Shown here in pieces: positions 8,941-18,641 of a stretch of DNA of 64,000 bases; the stretch's first letter is position 1, and each line of letters starts with the position of its first letter. Below the pieces are notes generated by a model. It did not search any database. It was given only the letters and a program-made list of their open reading frames with translations, and was not told the DNA's origin. Origin of the DNA: Tetramitus jugosus (lineage: Eukaryota; Protista; Heterolobosea). The position numbers and the translations under genes were made by a program. The stretch is taken from contig OW569371.1 of assembly GCA_937625935.1 (NCBI GenBank), positions 415,055 through 479,054 of the forward strand, written 5' to 3'.

Positions 8941-11900
8941 TTAGTTGGACTCTGTTCGATCCTTTGACATTTTTGTGGTAAATCTTCGAATGGCCGATAT
9001 CAACCCATCGAGGGTGATTGGTTTGGTCAGGACATCGTTCATTCCGATATTGAGACAATTCTCTCTCTCGTTTGTCCAAGCGTTTGCAGTGAGAGCTACG
9101 ATTGGTGTTCTTCTCTTATCTTCGTCTGCCAGAGATCGGATTGCAGTTGTGGCTTGCTTTCCGTCCATGATTGGCATTTGAAGATCCATGAATATGCAAT
9201 CATAAACACCCTTCTTCTTTTTGACGCACTGAATTGCCATCTCTCCATTGACTGCTTCATCAATCTCAACATGTCCTAACTTTTGAAGCAATCTCGTAAC
9301 AATCTTCCTGTTAAGTGCACTATCTTCGACAATGAGGATCTGAAGCGGTTCCATGTCCTTATGATTTTCTTTGATAGTGCCTTCGCGTAATGCACTGCCA
9401 TTCTCTATGTGGAGTAGGAGATGTGGATTCAACTTGATGTCCCACATGAGATTGGACATGCTGTTTTTTCGTTCACTTAGAGCTGCCATGAGTCTGGAGA
9501 ACTTCATTGGTTTTCTCATGCTGGCATTCATCTTGGATTTTGGAAGGTCCGATGTATTGGAGTCGGGTTCATGACTGGCAGTGAATAGTGTAATGAGTTT
9601 AAGAGAATTGTTGTCTTCGGAGGCTATTCTGTAAATGACATTCTCGGGCAACAGACTTTCAAAACTACTTTCAATCATGATGCACAATCGAAGCATGGAT
9701 TCCTCAACAGGAGATGGTTCCTCTTCATGGCGGTTCAAGTGTCGATCAATGGATTCCTTTAGTTGTTGCTCACTGTAAACAACCTCGCAATTGGGCACAT
9801 GTAAAACTTTCAAATACTCTAGAACTGTGTTTGTGAGAATCTCACTCGTTAGCATCACAATCACATTTCCAAATTTGCTGTAGTGGACATTCTCTGCGAT
9901 GCTATGACATATGGTTGACTTTTTTGTATGTTCAGCGGTCAGTGTTTTCTCTTCTATGGGTCCAGCAATCAGAGTTGGTGGATTTAACGATTTAGGGAAC
10001 TCTACTGTGAAACTGAAAACTGATCCCCCATATTTGTTTGCTGGGCTCTTCGCTGAAATACTACCTTTCATCAGCCTGACTAATCGCTCCGTGATGGCAA
10101 GTCCCAGACCCCATCCTTTGGTGGTTGCGTTGCTTGAAGAGTTGAGTTGAGAGAACGGTTTGAAGATTTGAGTGAGTTCTTCTTCTGGAATACCGATACC
10201 TGTGTCTTCACAACCCAGCATTATGGTTGCATGAGAATCAGTTTCCGACACTAATTTGGCATAGAGATAGACATAACCATGATGGGTAAACTTGATACTA
10301 TTTGTGCATAGATTTGATAAAATTTGTCCTAATCTTGTCTTATCTCCAATCAACTCGACAGGTATATTGGGATCGATATATGTAATGACTTCAAGATTCT
10401 TCTCCAATGCATTCGTGTAGTACATATCAGCTGTGGTTTCAACCGTATCCAAGATACTGAATGGTTCAAGTGATAAAGTTAATTTTCCTGCTTCAATCTT
10501 TGACATATCGAGAACATCCTGTATAATAGCAAGCAACAACTTTGCCGATTCATTTGCATCTTCAATGTACTCGGATTGGAGAGAAGATAGATTGGACGTT
10601 GAGCTCAAGAGTTGAAGAGCTCCCAGGACAGAGTTGAGAGGATTTCTAAGCTCATGAGACAACACTCTCAAAAAATCACTCTTTGATTTGTTGGCTACTC
10701 TTGCCTTTTCTGCAACCATTATACTTTCCTGTACTCGTCTCTTCTCGGTCACATCGGCACATATCAGTGTAACAGCAATGACTTCTCCATCTTTCAAAAT
10801 AGGATTAAATTGAGCTGTGAAAAATAGATTCGTTTTCTTATCCTTATCACTCCGATCAGGGGTTGACCATTCCCAATGTTGAGGTTTCTTGTCTTTTAAC
10901 ATCAAGCTGAATTGTCTCTCGGCTTCCTCCTTTAATTTTTGGCTCGTTTCAAAGAATTGAGTTACATTCCTTCCGGCAAATAAGCAAGGACTCTGGTCAA
11001 GGAACCTCAACTGTCGAGAATTGGTGAAAAGGATGACTCCCTTTTCGTCCGTCTTGACGATTAAATCCTGAATATTGTTGACTAGAGATCGGTAGTGCTC
11101 TTCACTTGTTCTAAGAGCATTCTCTGCCTTTACCAATCCCGTCACATCGTTCGCAATACCAACCGCTCCGATGACTTCACCCTTTTCACTCTTCCATGGA
11201 CTAATAGTGCAGTGCAGGGTTGATGATGATGTTTCCATCGGATAGGACACTGTTTCCCCCTTGAGAGCAAGCTTATGATTTTGAATGGCGGTTGGTAGCA
11301 ACGAAGAATCTACCACCAAGCTGGGATCTACACTTACAAATACTTCCTCGATTGTTTTTCCAATGAGAGTATCAGGATTGGAGATTCCGAACAGAGTGAG
11401 ACCACGACCACGGGCAAAGCTAAAGCGCAGGTTTTTGTCAACACTCCACAGTATACTAGGTATATTGTTCATCAACATCTCCAACAACATTTGTTGCCTT
11501 TTGGTTTCTCTCTGTGCTCTGTACGAGTCCATCTTGACCAGAAAACTGTGATAAATCTTCCAAAGAAAGAAGCCATAGATTGGTGTAAGTTCAATCAAAC
11601 CCAGGGCAGCCTGTGTAGTGTTGATATTGTGGAACATGCCAAAGTATTGCGAGATATCCGTTACCGAAGTTCCTACCCAATGTTCAACAACATGAGCAAT
11701 GGATCCATTGTCGTTGTTTAACAACAATTGAACGAATTTCAACACCATGTTCCGAAAACCGAGAACCAAGAAGAGAATATATCCCAGAAGACCCATGAAA
11801 ATGTACATGATGTGCCAATAGTTACGACTACTTGACACGAGTGCTAAGAATGGAGTGATCACCAAGTAGGAAAATGGAATCTTGCCTTCACACAAAATGA

Positions 11901-13059
11901 ACCGAAGGGTAAAGTTGGAGAGACTTGCCAGGATGAACATGGTGTCTGAATAGAGAAATAGCCAATTCATACACTTTGTTACAAAATCATTGCTCTTGAT
12001 TAGTTCAGAGTTGAGCAACAGCCAATCATTCAAATCCTTCTTGGATGACAATAAACGACTCTTCCTTGTCGAGCCATTTTTTGCTTCAGTTGATTGAAGC
12101 TTCCCATGATCTTCCTCGTCCGAAGAAAGCGATTCCATCGCTACATGAAGAGGTCCTTTCTTGTTGGATTGTTGTTCAGACAAGAGCATCATCAGAGATG
12201 AAGAATAGTCACTCTCTGGTGTGGAAGAGGATGGACTTGGTCCATAAGGCGATCGAAACGAGAATTGTTCGTCTAAAGCTGAAGGTGCTACAGTTGGAGT
12301 CGTAACTCCACGGCTTGATTCTTCACTTGATACCGTTGGTTGGTTGGGCGATTTGGAGACTTCTTCTTGTCGCCTTGTTTCATGGTTTGTTTGTCCTCTT
12401 TGTTTGTCCTTTGAGCTTGGCTTATTCTCTTGTTTTGAGATTGATCGTGGTGTTGAGTTAATCATGCGATCTAAAACGAACTTTGATGACACATACTTGA
12501 GCAGTGTCGCGATGGTCATGATGGCCAAGTGGATGAGAAACCGATAATCCTTGAGATAAATAATTGGAGAGGGTTCTTCTAACCGAGAGCTATTCGGTAG
12601 AAATCGTGATGGCTGTGCATAAGGCGATGGATTCACACTTGTCCCTTCGGGTTGCGGAGAAGGAATTGGTAGCATTGGGTTTTTTGTCGTTACTAAATGA
12701 AGCATGAACAACCAGAATTCAGTGTACAGTACACAGATGATGTAACTAATGAGCACTGATAAATTCTGGTTCAGTGTCAAAATTCTAGTGTGGTTATACA
12801 CGGAGCGCAAACTCAAGTTCCAATTCGAGGGCGAGCTCTTGGATTGTGTTCGGCTGTCATCTTGACGAGAAGGCATTGGAGATGTGCGATCAGTTGAATT
12901 GTTTTTATCTTGTGTCGAGATGCGATCGTGACCCTCACAGGGAGACATGGGAGAATTCCATGGAGATGATTGAATAATCTCTGTTCTATCAGGTTGTTTG
13001 GTCGCATCTGACGTAAATTTAATACTCTGATGAGAATTTGTGATTGTGGAAGTGGACAT
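8941..13059 (-). CDS. Membrane hybrid histidine kinase (multi-TM, 2 PAS, HisKA, HATPase, degenerate REC, REC)
   Basis: H-box LSHELRNPLN, N-box QILSNLCTNSIKFT, G1 EDTGIGI, G2 GWGLGLAI. Receiver ILIVED...FMDLQMPIMDG...LTANA...KP. PAS segments NNIPSILWSVDKNLRF and NNIQDLIVKTDEKG. Confidence 0.95.
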   Translation of the reverse strand: MSTSTITNSHQSIKFTSDATKQPDRTEIIQSSPWNSPMSPCEGHDRISTQDKNNSTDRTSPMPSRQDDSRTQSKSSPSNWNLSLRSVYNHTRILTLNQNLSVLISYIICVLYTEFWLFMLHLVTTKNPMLPIPSPQPEGTSVNPSPYAQPSRFLPNSSRLEEPSPIIYLKDYRFLIHLAIMTIATLLKYVSSKFVLDRMINSTPRSISKQENKPSSKDKQRGQTNHETRRQEEVSKSPNQPTVSSEESSRGVTTPTVAPSALDEQFSFRSPYGPSPSSSTPESDYSSSLMMLLSEQQSNKKGPLHVAMESLSSDEEDHGKLQSTEAKNGSTRKSRLLSSKKDLNDWLLLNSELIKSNDFVTKCMNWLFLYSDTMFILASLSNFTLRFILCEGKIPFSYLVITPFLALVSSSRNYWHIMYIFMGLLGYILFLVLGFRNMVLKFVQLLLNNDNGSIAHVVEHWVGTSVTDISQYFGMFHNINTTQAALGLIELTPIYGFFLWKIYHSFLVKMDSYRAQRETKRQQMLLEMLMNNIPSILWSVDKNLRFSFARGRGLTLFGISNPDTLIGKTIEEVFVSVDPSLVVDSSLLPTAIQNHKLALKGETVSYPMETSSSTLHCTISPWKSEKGEVIGAVGIANDVTGLVKAENALRTSEEHYRSLVNNIQDLIVKTDEKGVILFTNSRQLRFLDQSPCLFAGRNVTQFFETSQKLKEEAERQFSLMLKDKKPQHWEWSTPDRSDKDKKTNLFFTAQFNPILKDGEVIAVTLICADVTEKRRVQESIMVAEKARVANKSKSDFLRVLSHELRNPLNSVLGALQLLSSTSNLSSLQSEYIEDANESAKLLLAIIQDVLDMSKIEAGKLTLSLEPFSILDTVETTADMYYTNALEKNLEVITYIDPNIPVELIGDKTRLGQILSNLCTNSIKFTHHGYVYLYAKLVSETDSHATIMLGCEDTGIGIPEEELTQIFKPFSQLNSSSNATTKGWGLGLAITERLVRLMKGSISAKSPANKYGGSVFSFTVEFPKSLNPPTLIAGPIEEKTLTAEHTKKSTICHSIAENVHYSKFGNVIVMLTSEILTNTVLEYLKVLHVPNCEVVYSEQQLKESIDRHLNRHEEEPSPVEESMLRLCIMIESSFESLLPENVIYRIASEDNNSLKLITLFTASHEPDSNTSDLPKSKMNASMRKPMKFSRLMAALSERKNSMSNLMWDIKLNPHLLLHIENGSALREGTIKENHKDMEPLQILIVEDSALNRKIVTRLLQKLGHVEIDEAVNGEMAIQCVKKKKGVYDCIFMDLQMPIMDGKQATTAIRSLADEDKRRTPIVALTANAWTNERENCLNIGMNDVLTKPITLDGLISAIRRFTTKMSKDRTESN

Positions 13060-13438
13060 GATAAGAACGTGAAGTTGGTTGTCCGAAAACCAGTGAAATG
13101 CGAATACAATTTGGAGCTAATGTTGTGTTACTAAAGAATGGGAATTCCCTTTGTTTGATTGTGGGTTATACAATGGTGAGCGTCTCTCTGATGAGCTCGT
13201 AAGAATAATGGGGTTTTTAGTTGATCTTTGATTTCTTTGTTTTATGGAAGAGTTCGGTTGAATTGGCCTCCTTTGGGACGGCATACAATGGACAATCTTC
13301 TTTTTTGGTTGAGTAGCCGAATACAATACGGAAATTCGGCGCGTTCTAAAAATATACAGTTCCTCCATATGTCCCGCCAATCTTCCAATTTGATTTTTTC
13401 TGTTCGATCGTGCGATTTTTCCAGAGGAAGGACAACAC

Positions 13439-14998
13439 ATGCGCACTCTCGGTTATACCCTTATTGCTTCTCTGCTGCTCACGCTTGTTTTGCTGAGCTA
13501 TTGTCTCTGCGTGGATGCAAGAGTCAACAATGCTGGGCTACAAGTCATCCCTCAATTTCAAGTCAACCTGAACAAGCAAACTCCTTTTGAGCACTACTGG
13601 GAGAGATGTGTCGGATCAGGTCATGCTGCTCTTGGAAATCGTCAGGACTGGAGAGAACATTTGAAGAGAGCCAACAAGGAACTAGGTTTCAAGATGGTTC
13701 GTTTCCATGCCTTGCTCGATCAGGACATGTCTGTCGTGTTGCAAGACAGATACGGCAAACAGTTTTATTCGTTTTATAATGTGGATTACTTGTTTGATTT
13801 CTTGTTGAGTCTGGGTATGAAACCGATTGTTGAGTTGAGTTTTATGCCAGATTTGTTGGCTTCTGGTCCACAGACCTTGTTTCATTACAAGGCAAATGCA
13901 ACGCCACCAAAGTCCCAACAAGCATGGTATGACTTGATTTCTCGTCTCGTGCAACACATGGTCGGAAGATACGGTATTGATGAAGTGGCTTCTTGGTACT
14001 TTGAAGTATGGAACGAACCAAACAATGGTGGTTTCTGGTATGGTACACAGAAGCAGTACTTTGAATTGTACAACACCACTGCGAGTGCTGTCAAGTCAGT
14101 GAGTCCAAAGTTGAGAGTTGGTGGTCCTGCAACGATGCAATCGATGTGGGTCGATGATTTTATCAACTATTGCAAGTACAATCATGTTCCATTTGATTTC
14201 GTGTCCACTCACGAGTATCCAACAGACTTCCAGCCATATACGAGAGACAATTTGAGAATTGCAATGACAAAGACCAGAGCCCTAGTGAACAGCATGGTAT
14301 CAAAGGGATTCCCACTCTTGTACACCGAGTATAACTCTGGATTGGATGATATTGGTGGTGGTACACAATTTTATCAGGATTCTTCTTATGCAGCTGCATT
14401 TGTTGTGAAGAGTGTTGCAGATATGGACGGAGTTGTTGATGTTTTGAGTTATTGGACATTCTCTGATATTTTTGAAGAACAGGGTATGAGATCTCAACCA
14501 TTCAGTGGTCAATTCGGTATGATGACTGTGAATGGTATTGCAAAGCCAGTGTGGAGAGCATTTGAGTTGTTACACAAGTCTGGAGATCGTAGAACACAAG
14601 TTCTCTATTCCACAAACTCCTCCACTGTTGATGTCTTGTCAGTAGTGCACACGCAAAACAAGGAGCTCATGTTGTTTGTGACCAATTATGACGTACTAGC
14701 CAACAGACCTCAGGCATACGATATTTTGATTACAGTCAACCTTGATGGAACTTACAAACTTGTCCCTAATAGCGCACTTGTAGCAAGAGTTGATGAAAAT
14801 TCATCCAACTCTTTCACACGTTGGCAACAGATGGGTGAACCAGAGTATCCTACGGATGAGGAGATGCAGATGATGCATGAAGCTTCCAAGTTGAAACCTG
14901 AAGCCATTCAATTCACAATGAATGGTCAAAACCAAGCAATTTTCAAGCTCCATGTCTCAGAATATTCACTCTCTGTGATTACTGTTGCTTTACAATAA
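13439..14998 (+). CDS. Secreted glycoside hydrolase family 39 (beta-xylosidase/alpha-L-iduronidase-like)
   Basis: Signal peptide; HYWERCVGSGHA, VRFHALL, KPIVELSFMP, FEVWNEP (acid/base), LYTEYN (nucleophile), YWTFSDIFEE. Confidence 0.93.
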   Translation: MRTLGYTLIASLLLTLVLLSYCLCVDARVNNAGLQVIPQFQVNLNKQTPFEHYWERCVGSGHAALGNRQDWREHLKRANKELGFKMVRFHALLDQDMSVVLQDRYGKQFYSFYNVDYLFDFLLSLGMKPIVELSFMPDLLASGPQTLFHYKANATPPKSQQAWYDLISRLVQHMVGRYGIDEVASWYFEVWNEPNNGGFWYGTQKQYFELYNTTASAVKSVSPKLRVGGPATMQSMWVDDFINYCKYNHVPFDFVSTHEYPTDFQPYTRDNLRIAMTKTRALVNSMVSKGFPLLYTEYNSGLDDIGGGTQFYQDSSYAAAFVVKSVADMDGVVDVLSYWTFSDIFEEQGMRSQPFSGQFGMMTVNGIAKPVWRAFELLHKSGDRRTQVLYSTNSSTVDVLSVVHTQNKELMLFVTNYDVLANRPQAYDILITVNLDGTYKLVPNSALVARVDENSSNSFTRWQQMGEPEYPTDEEMQMMHEASKLKPEAIQFTMNGQNQAIFKLHVSEYSLSVITVALQ

Positions 14999-15163
14999 AG
15001 TTGTAATCTTGATCTCACCAGAAAAAATCGGGATAAGTGTTGGGGTTCGAAATCATCTTTCCCAAAAAAATGTATCGGATGTCACCTTCAAAATCTGATA
15101 CAACAACTGAAAACTTCCAAGGTATTCAACACAAAAACAATCAAAACACCAAAACACCAAAAC

Positions 15164-16714
15164 ATGAAACTCACAATTGCATTGCTGAGTGTTCTACTGC
15201 TGTCTCTTTGCTTTTTGAATGCAATTCATTCTCAATCTCTCGATTGGATCAATCAAATTCCAAAGGGTGGTGCCATGTTCGTAAGACCAACTTTCATTCG
15301 CTCTGATGCAGCGAATAATGTTTATGTTGCCAAGCTAGAAACGACAACTTCTCCAGGTGGAACTTCTGCCTCTGCTCAGATCCTAAAGTTCAACTCTGCT
15401 GGTGCTCTACAATGGAACATTACTCTACCTGGTGCAAGCAATCCACTTGGGTGGTTCGATACCGCTAGTGACGGTTCTGTTTTTGTCACAGGTAGTGGTT
15501 TGCCTTTTTCCGCAGGTGTGTTTGCTGGATTTGTTCAGAAGTATAATACCAATGGTGTGTTCCAATGGCAAAAATTGTACCCAAATGCGAATGTTGGAAG
15601 AGCCATTCCTTTGTCGGGAGGTAGAGTGAGAGTTGAGGTCGCTGAAACATCACTGGTTCCTAATCCTGCCCGTTTTGCTGAAACATTTGATGCCAATGGA
15701 GTTTCCTTGTCCGTTGAGCCATTGTTGAACGTCATTGTATCTACATCTCCCTTCGATCCTGTTGCAGCCAGCAAATCGAACTCTGTTGGTGACTACTGCG
15801 GTGTCTTGCCCTCTCCTTTTCAATTTGTTCGCTTCAATTCAACCGGAGGTATCGTTTGGAGTCAACCTGTCATTGGTGTATTCTTCCCTTTCCTCGTATC
15901 TCAAATATTGATTGACGAGAGTGGAAATTGTGTTTTCACTGGTTTGGGTAACAATGTGACTGTTGGTCCTGTGAGTGTTCCCCCAGTAGAGTTGCGATCC
16001 GATTTTCTGACGTTCATCAATTCTGCTGGTGTGCCCCAGTTCATCAGAATTTATGATTTCCAGAGCCTTGATGGTTTGGACTGTGGTGCATTGCCAACTT
16101 CATTCCTTCGATGCTGGATGTCTGGAAGAGATTTAGATGGAAGACCAGCACTCGCTCGATTAGATCCAAACTTTAACATTGTGGATCTTTTTGTCGGAGA
16201 GGGCATTAATACTACTCTGACCTTTAAGATTGCCTTTACTCCTTCAAGAAAACTTGCAGGTGCTTTCAGTACAGGTATCGCCTCTGGTTCATGGTTCGGA
16301 GCTCCTATTGTCGTCCCTCCAGATCCAAGCAACTTCTTTACTGGAGCACTATTTGTTTTCCAATTGAACCTGGCCACGACAAACTGCGACAGAACGTTAT
16401 CATGTGCTGCTGGAAACAACTGTTGCCTGTTGAGTAATGGCGACACTGCTTGCTACAACCCATCTGTGTACAGCTGTTTCACACAATTGGGCAAACTATG
16501 TCCATTCAATACCTTACCTTGCGGTAACGCTTGCTACTCCCTATCAGCGTTCTCCTGTTCGAATGGATCGTTGTGCCCTGTGGGAACCTTGCAATGTGGC
16601 CCTGCCTGTTACAATCCGTTTGTTCACTCTTGCTTTGCGAATAATGTTCTCTGTCCAGTGGGAACCGTTCCATGCGGAAATGCTTGTGTACCAAGTGGCT
16701 CCACATGCCCTTAA
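15164..16714 (+). CDS. Secreted protein: beta-propeller-like N-domain plus C-terminal CBM52-like Cys-rich repeats
   Basis: Signal peptide; propeller-like repeats (KFNSAGALQW, KYNTNGVFQW, RFNSTGGIVW); three to four CGxACYxPxxxSCxxxxLCP repeats like the beta-1,3-glucan-binding CBM52. Confidence 0.75.
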   Translation: MKLTIALLSVLLLSLCFLNAIHSQSLDWINQIPKGGAMFVRPTFIRSDAANNVYVAKLETTTSPGGTSASAQILKFNSAGALQWNITLPGASNPLGWFDTASDGSVFVTGSGLPFSAGVFAGFVQKYNTNGVFQWQKLYPNANVGRAIPLSGGRVRVEVAETSLVPNPARFAETFDANGVSLSVEPLLNVIVSTSPFDPVAASKSNSVGDYCGVLPSPFQFVRFNSTGGIVWSQPVIGVFFPFLVSQILIDESGNCVFTGLGNNVTVGPVSVPPVELRSDFLTFINSAGVPQFIRIYDFQSLDGLDCGALPTSFLRCWMSGRDLDGRPALARLDPNFNIVDLFVGEGINTTLTFKIAFTPSRKLAGAFSTGIASGSWFGAPIVVPPDPSNFFTGALFVFQLNLATTNCDRTLSCAAGNNCCLLSNGDTACYNPSVYSCFTQLGKLCPFNTLPCGNACYSLSAFSCSNGSLCPVGTLQCGPACYNPFVHSCFANNVLCPVGTVPCGNACVPSGSTCP

Positions 16715-16828
16715 ACTGAATCCCGTAAACCGGAGTTACTCTATCTCTTTCCCCGAGATATCGGAGATATTCAAATGATGAAAAAAGGAAAAGAGAACTC
16801 GTGTGTAATAAAAAGGAAGAACGAAGAG

Positions 16829-18370
16829 ATGAGATCCTCCACTCACTTTTTTGCGCTGTTTGTTTTTTTGTGCTTGATTCACTTTGCTTATTCACTGATT
16901 CAAGTGAATCCGAGCACACAAATGTTTGTGGACGAACATAATCGTACACGAATCTTCCATGGTGTCAATGCAGTTGAAAAAGTTTTTCCCTTCTATCCTG
17001 TTCTCGATCGATTTGACTCCAACCGTTCCCTGTGTCAACAAGACTTTACAAATCTCAAAACTTGGGGTTTCAATGTTGTGCGTCTCTATCTGGCATGGCC
17101 TGGGTTCGAACCACAGAGAGGGCAATACAATTTCACTTACTTGGATCAGTTGAACAAGATTGTGGATATGGCAGCTCAGAATGACATGTATATCATCTTG
17201 GATATGCATCAAGATGTATTTAGCAGAAAGTTTTGTGGTGAAGGATTCCCTGATTGGGCCACTCTGGGTGATGACATTGAAAGCTTTCCTTTCCCTGTGC
17301 CCATCTCTGTTCAAAAAGATAAGGATGGTATTCCAATTGTGGAATCGTGCTTGAAGCATTCATTCTTCATGTACTATTTCTCAAAGGGTGCATCTTCTTC
17401 GTTTCAAAAGTTTTATGAGAACCAAGATGGTATTCTGGACGCGTTCGCTTCCATGTGGCAACAAGTAGCCAAGTATTTTGCAAAGAGCAAGAATGTGTTG
17501 GCTTATGAGATTTTGAATGAACCCTGGCCAGGTGATTATTTGAAGCATCCTGAACTTCTATTGCCTCTCGGAACATCTGACAAAAAGTACTTGATGCCAC
17601 TGTATTCAAAGGTGAATGACTATATTAGAAAGGTGGACGATGATCATATTATCATGTTTGAACCGATCGTGAGTGACTTTAGTATTGTTGGTTTGGAGCA
17701 TGGACCCTCTGGATCTAAAGATTACCTGAACAGAGAAGCCTTTTCCTATCACATTTATTGTGTCGATGCTGATTCTCATGGAGATCCAAAGAGTAGAGCA
17801 ATTTGCAAGCTCTTTGATGATGGAATGTTCCGATGGAGACACTCGACAATTCAAAAGTTGGGATCCGGTGCTTTTCTGACTGAATTTGGAGCTGTTTCAA
17901 ATGCTACAGCAGGCTCTCACGAACTTCGTTGGATGACAGAACAGGCAGACAAGGAACTGAGAAGCTGGGCGTACTGGCAATTTAAGTTCTATGATGATGT
18001 AACCACTCAATCTAGTCCACCAACAATCGAGAGTTTTTATGGCGTTGATGGTTCACTTCAATTCGACAAGGTGAAAACCCTGTCCAGAACATATGCTCAT
18101 GCTGTGTGTGGTATTCCAACTTCGATGAATTTCGATGCTTCAACATCCCTGTTCTCACTCGTGTATTCCTCTGTCAATTGCCAAAACCAACCAACAATTG
18201 TCTATCTGAATGAACAATGGTACTATCCCAGAGGTTTCTCAGTCTCAGTCCACACAAAATCTGGAGCTTCAGTGAGATTCGACAAAGTGGAACAAAACTA
18301 TCTTCACTTCACCCACTCACCTCAAGTCAGAGAAGGTGATTGGATCGAAATTGTAATCACCGCTCAATAA
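16829..18370 (+). CDS. Secreted GH5 endoglycoceramidase-like hydrolase
   Basis: ORF 16775..18370; likely start MRSSTHFF (16829) with signal peptide. Motifs RIFHGVNAV, GFNVVRL, LDMHQD, YEILNEP (acid/base), FLTEFG (nucleophile), WAYWQFK, LSRTYA. Confidence 0.92.
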   Translation: MRSSTHFFALFVFLCLIHFAYSLIQVNPSTQMFVDEHNRTRIFHGVNAVEKVFPFYPVLDRFDSNRSLCQQDFTNLKTWGFNVVRLYLAWPGFEPQRGQYNFTYLDQLNKIVDMAAQNDMYIILDMHQDVFSRKFCGEGFPDWATLGDDIESFPFPVPISVQKDKDGIPIVESCLKHSFFMYYFSKGASSSFQKFYENQDGILDAFASMWQQVAKYFAKSKNVLAYEILNEPWPGDYLKHPELLLPLGTSDKKYLMPLYSKVNDYIRKVDDDHIIMFEPIVSDFSIVGLEHGPSGSKDYLNREAFSYHIYCVDADSHGDPKSRAICKLFDDGMFRWRHSTIQKLGSGAFLTEFGAVSNATAGSHELRWMTEQADKELRSWAYWQFKFYDDVTTQSSPPTIESFYGVDGSLQFDKVKTLSRTYAHAVCGIPTSMNFDASTSLFSLVYSSVNCQNQPTIVYLNEQWYYPRGFSVSVHTKSGASVRFDKVEQNYLHFTHSPQVREGDWIEIVITAQ

Positions 18371-18641
18371 ACATTCTAGGACGGGGTTGTTTAATTCCAC
18401 CAGCCATCCAGATGCTGACTACTCCTATTTGGGACACGGATAATCCGGCTCCCAACGAGCTGACATGAATTTTGACAGGGGACTCTGATGCACGAACTAG
18501 AAAAAGGGGAAGCTGGGTGGCCCGTTTTTTTTCGACGATGCCGAAGAGAGATTCTGGGTCCAGTCACACAACGACACAACAAGTTTTCATTTGTAGATAG
18601 ATTACCAATTTTATTGGTCATCAAAGATAGGAGAGAAGGAT

